From a virus (Duplodnaviria > Caudoviricetes), in the IMG/VR virus record IMGVR_UViG_3300044796_000664, positions 1 through 60,293 of that record: DNA of 60,293 bases. One strand, given 5' to 3'. The position numbers and the translations under genes are program-made. The first letter of the stretch is position 1. Every line of letters starts with the position of its first letter. The notes beneath the pieces were generated by a model, which saw only the letters and a program-made list of their open reading frames with translations, was not told the origin of the DNA and ran no database searches. Below, piece by piece: positions 57,954 through 60,293 of this stretch.

Positions 57954-58045
57954 TCCCATGGGCTGCTCAGCGGACTCGTAGCCTGCGGTCTCGCACGCTG
58001 AGCAGCCCATCACACCTTAGCTTCAATCGATCTTCGGAGACGGAC

Positions 58046-58540
58046 GTGAGCGATCTTTTCGGACACCAGACTACCATCAAGGCCCTGTCGCTCTGGCAGC
58101 CATGGGCCTCGCTGATCTCTGCCGGCGTCAAGCGACACGAGACCCGCCACTGGTCGACGACCTATCGCGGACCGATCGCCATCCACGCGTCGAAGACCCT
58201 GGACCTTGCTGGCGCGCCTGAAGAGCTCTGCATCGCCGTCCTCGGCAAATTCTGGTCGACCCGGCTCCCGCTCGGCGCGGTGGTGGCCATCGGCGAGCTG
58301 ACGCGCTGCGCCGACGCCTGCCGCGTCAAGCCCGGCCTGACGGCCGCCGACCTTGAGAGCGGCAATTTCGCCACTGGCCGCTTCGCCTGGGCGATCGACC
58401 GGGTAAGGCCCCTCAAGGAGGCGATCCCCACAGTCGGCCGCCAGGGCCTGTTCAACTGGACGCTTCCCCAGGACCTCGACGAGCGCCTGATGCCCGCGCT
58501 GAACCACGCCGAGGCGGCTCGGATGGTAGGCTGGGCCTGA
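58046..58540 (+). CDS. ASCH-domain protein
   Basis: KALSLWQPWASLI..G.K..ETR.W...YRGPIAIHAS; GRQGLFNW. Confidence 0.9.
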   Translation: MSDLFGHQTTIKALSLWQPWASLISAGVKRHETRHWSTTYRGPIAIHASKTLDLAGAPEELCIAVLGKFWSTRLPLGAVVAIGELTRCADACRVKPGLTAADLESGNFATGRFAWAIDRVRPLKEAIPTVGRQGLFNWTLPQDLDERLMPALNHAEAARMVGWA

Positions 58541-58542
58541 CC

Positions 58543-58677
58543 ATGGCCGCGCCTCGCCCCATCCCTGCCGCGCCCCTACCGCCGGAGATCCTCCGGCTGG
58601 CCGAGGCGCTTGCGCGGGTGGTGGAGGAGGCGCAGTTTCGCCGCGAACCCAGGAAAGCCGCCGCCAAGGAGCGTTGA
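58543..58677 (+). CDS. Small protein upstream of the integrase (RDF candidate)
   Basis: 44 aa, TGATG-coupled to the integrase. Confidence 0.5.
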   Translation: MAAPRPIPAAPLPPEILRLAEALARVVEEAQFRREPRKAAAKER

Positions 58678-60293
58678 TGCGCGCCGCCCTCTACGCCCGC
58701 TTTTCCTCCGATCGCCAGAACGAGCGCTCCATCGCCGACCAGATCGCGGTGCTAAGCCGGCACGCCGCCGGCCGCGGCTGGACGGTCAGCGCGGTGTTCT
58801 CCGACGCGGCGATCTCCGGCGCGGCCATGGCCAACCGGCCTGGCCTGATCGCAGCGGTCGAAGCCGGAGAGCGCGGCGAGTTCGAGATCCTGCTGTGCGA
58901 GGACGAGGACCGGCTGGCGCGCAACCTGGAGACCACGGCCCACGTCTTCAACCGCCTGCGCCACGCCGGCGTGGCCATCGCCACCCTGTCGAGCGACGCC
59001 ATCGGGGTGATGGAAGTGGGCTTCAAGGGCGTGATGGCCGAGATGTTCCTGGCCAACCTCAGCCAGAAGACCAAGCGCGGCATGCACTCCAACGCCGAGA
59101 AGGGCCTGGCCACCGGCTCGCGCCTGTACGGCTACCGCAGCGAGCCCGGCGGGGCGATGGCCATCGTCGAGGCCGAGGCGGCCGTGATCCGCCGCATCTG
59201 CGCCGACTACGCCGCCGGCGACACCGCCCGCCAGATCGCCGCGGCGCTGAACGTCGAGGGAATCCCCGGACCGCGCGGGGGGCGCTGGAACGCCTCGTCC
59301 ATCAACGGCAGCCGCCAGCGCGCCAACGGCGTGCTGCGCACCGACCTCTATGGTGGGGTGAAGGTGTGGAATCGACTCGAGGTGCGCAAGGATCCGCGCA
59401 CGGGCAAGCGCCGGCCGGTGATCCGCCCCGAGGCAGAGTGGCGCCGCGTCGAGGTCCCGGCCCTGCGCATCGTCGACGAGGCCGTCTGGGCGGCCGTCCA
59501 GGCCCGCCACGCCCGCGAGGCGCACCAGGCGCCGGCGAACCTGCTGCGCCGACCGGGCGTGTTCTCCGGCCTGCTGAAGTGCGGGGTCTGCGGCGGGTCG
59601 TACACGGTCTACACGACCGACAAGCTGATCTGCGCCACCCATCGCGAGCAGGGCGACAGCGCCTGCGCCAACCGCCGCACGCCCAGCCGCTCGGCGATCG
59701 AGACCCGCGCCCTGCAGGCCATCCGCGAGCAGCTGCTGTCACCCGAGGCGGTGGCCGCCTATGTGCGCGCCTTCCATGCGGCCCACCACGCCCGCCAGAA
59801 GGCCCTGGCGTCGCGCCGTCAGCCGCTGGAGCGCCGCCTGGGCGAGATCCACCGCGCGATCGAACGGGTGGTCGACCGCATCTGCGACGGCACGGCGAAC
59901 CAGGCCATGGAGGCCCGGATGATGGCCATGGACGCCGAGCGTCAGGCCATCGAGGCCGAGCTGGCCGAAGCCGACGCCCAGGCCCCGCCCGTCCAGCTGC
60001 ACCCCCAGGCCGGCCGCGAATTCGCCGGTATCGTCGCCGAGCTGCAGACCTGGCTGGCGCAGGCCGCCACCGGCGAGACCCGCGCCCAGCGCGAGCTGAT
60101 GGACGCCGTGCGCGGCCTCATCGAGAAGATCGAGATTATCCCCCTGACCCAGGACCGCGGCGGCCCCATCGACCTGGTCCTGCACGGCCGCCTCGCCGCC
60201 CTGCTCACCGGCGGGGAAGAACAGGCCTGGAACGCTGGGTTGGGAGCGGTGGTAGCTGGGGGCGGGATCGAACCGCCGACCTGTGGGTTATGA
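58677..60293 (+). CDS. Large serine recombinase (integrase)
   Basis: YARFSS catalytic motif, DRLAR, recombinase domain, zinc ribbon CGVCG, coiled coil. Confidence 0.95.
   Translation: MRAALYARFSSDRQNERSIADQIAVLSRHAAGRGWTVSAVFSDAAISGAAMANRPGLIAAVEAGERGEFEILLCEDEDRLARNLETTAHVFNRLRHAGVAIATLSSDAIGVMEVGFKGVMAEMFLANLSQKTKRGMHSNAEKGLATGSRLYGYRSEPGGAMAIVEAEAAVIRRICADYAAGDTARQIAAALNVEGIPGPRGGRWNASSINGSRQRANGVLRTDLYGGVKVWNRLEVRKDPRTGKRRPVIRPEAEWRRVEVPALRIVDEAVWAAVQARHAREAHQAPANLLRRPGVFSGLLKCGVCGGSYTVYTTDKLICATHREQGDSACANRRTPSRSAIETRALQAIREQLLSPEAVAAYVRAFHAAHHARQKALASRRQPLERRLGEIHRAIERVVDRICDGTANQAMEARMMAMDAERQAIEAELAEADAQAPPVQLHPQAGREFAGIVAELQTWLAQAATGETRAQRELMDAVRGLIEKIEIIPLTQDRGGPIDLVLHGRLAALLTGGEEQAWNAGLGAVVAGGGIEPPTCGL
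60248..60270. repeat. Right attachment site (att core)
   Basis: Direct repeat of 4884-4906. Confidence 0.9.
60250..60293 (-). tRNA. 3' half of tRNA with CAT anticodon (probably elongator Met), cut by the window edge
   Basis: Minus strand TCATAA-CCCAC-AGGTC-GGCGG-TTCGATC-CCGCC-CCCAGCT-ACCA: anticodon loop, T-arm and CCA end. Confidence 0.88.

Larger units (their letters stand above)
4884..60270. mobile_element. Temperate siphovirus prophage (~55 kb) integrated in tRNA(CAT)
   Basis: Flanking 23-bp direct repeats plus integrase, immunity, replication, packaging, head, tail and lysis modules in canonical order. Confidence 0.95.

Overview
GC-rich alphaproteobacterial DNA (Caulobacteraceae-like, inferred from gene content). 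About 55 kb (4884-60270) is an apparently complete temperate siphovirus prophage integrated by a large serine recombinase into the 3' end of a tRNA(CAT) gene. It carries an HK97-type head, a GTA-like tail tip, GH19 lysis, a cI/cro switch, P4/D5-type replication with iterons, three DNA methyltransferases, ParB and HicAB. To its left lie the remnant integrase of an older element at the same att site and a TIR + RyR-domain gene pair. The main discovery is a self-contained cassette between the tail chaperone and tape-measure (TMP) genes. It holds an RHH regulator, a stand-alone Cas7-like RAMP protein, a partner gene and a 138-nt non-coding array of GGC-NN pentamers. Read as codon positions 1-2 (skipping every third base), the variable NN dinucleotides spell out two segments of the neighbouring TMP gene with a few mismatches (19/22 and 17/24 nt). 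This suggests an RNA-guided, wobble-skipping system aimed at related phages. Other notable signals: a 15-bp palindrome repeated 8 times across the prophage, a covarying hairpin family in late-operon gene gaps, REP-like palindromes translated inside proteins, and an integrase whose C-terminus changes on integration. All calls come from reading the sequence; no database searches were run.
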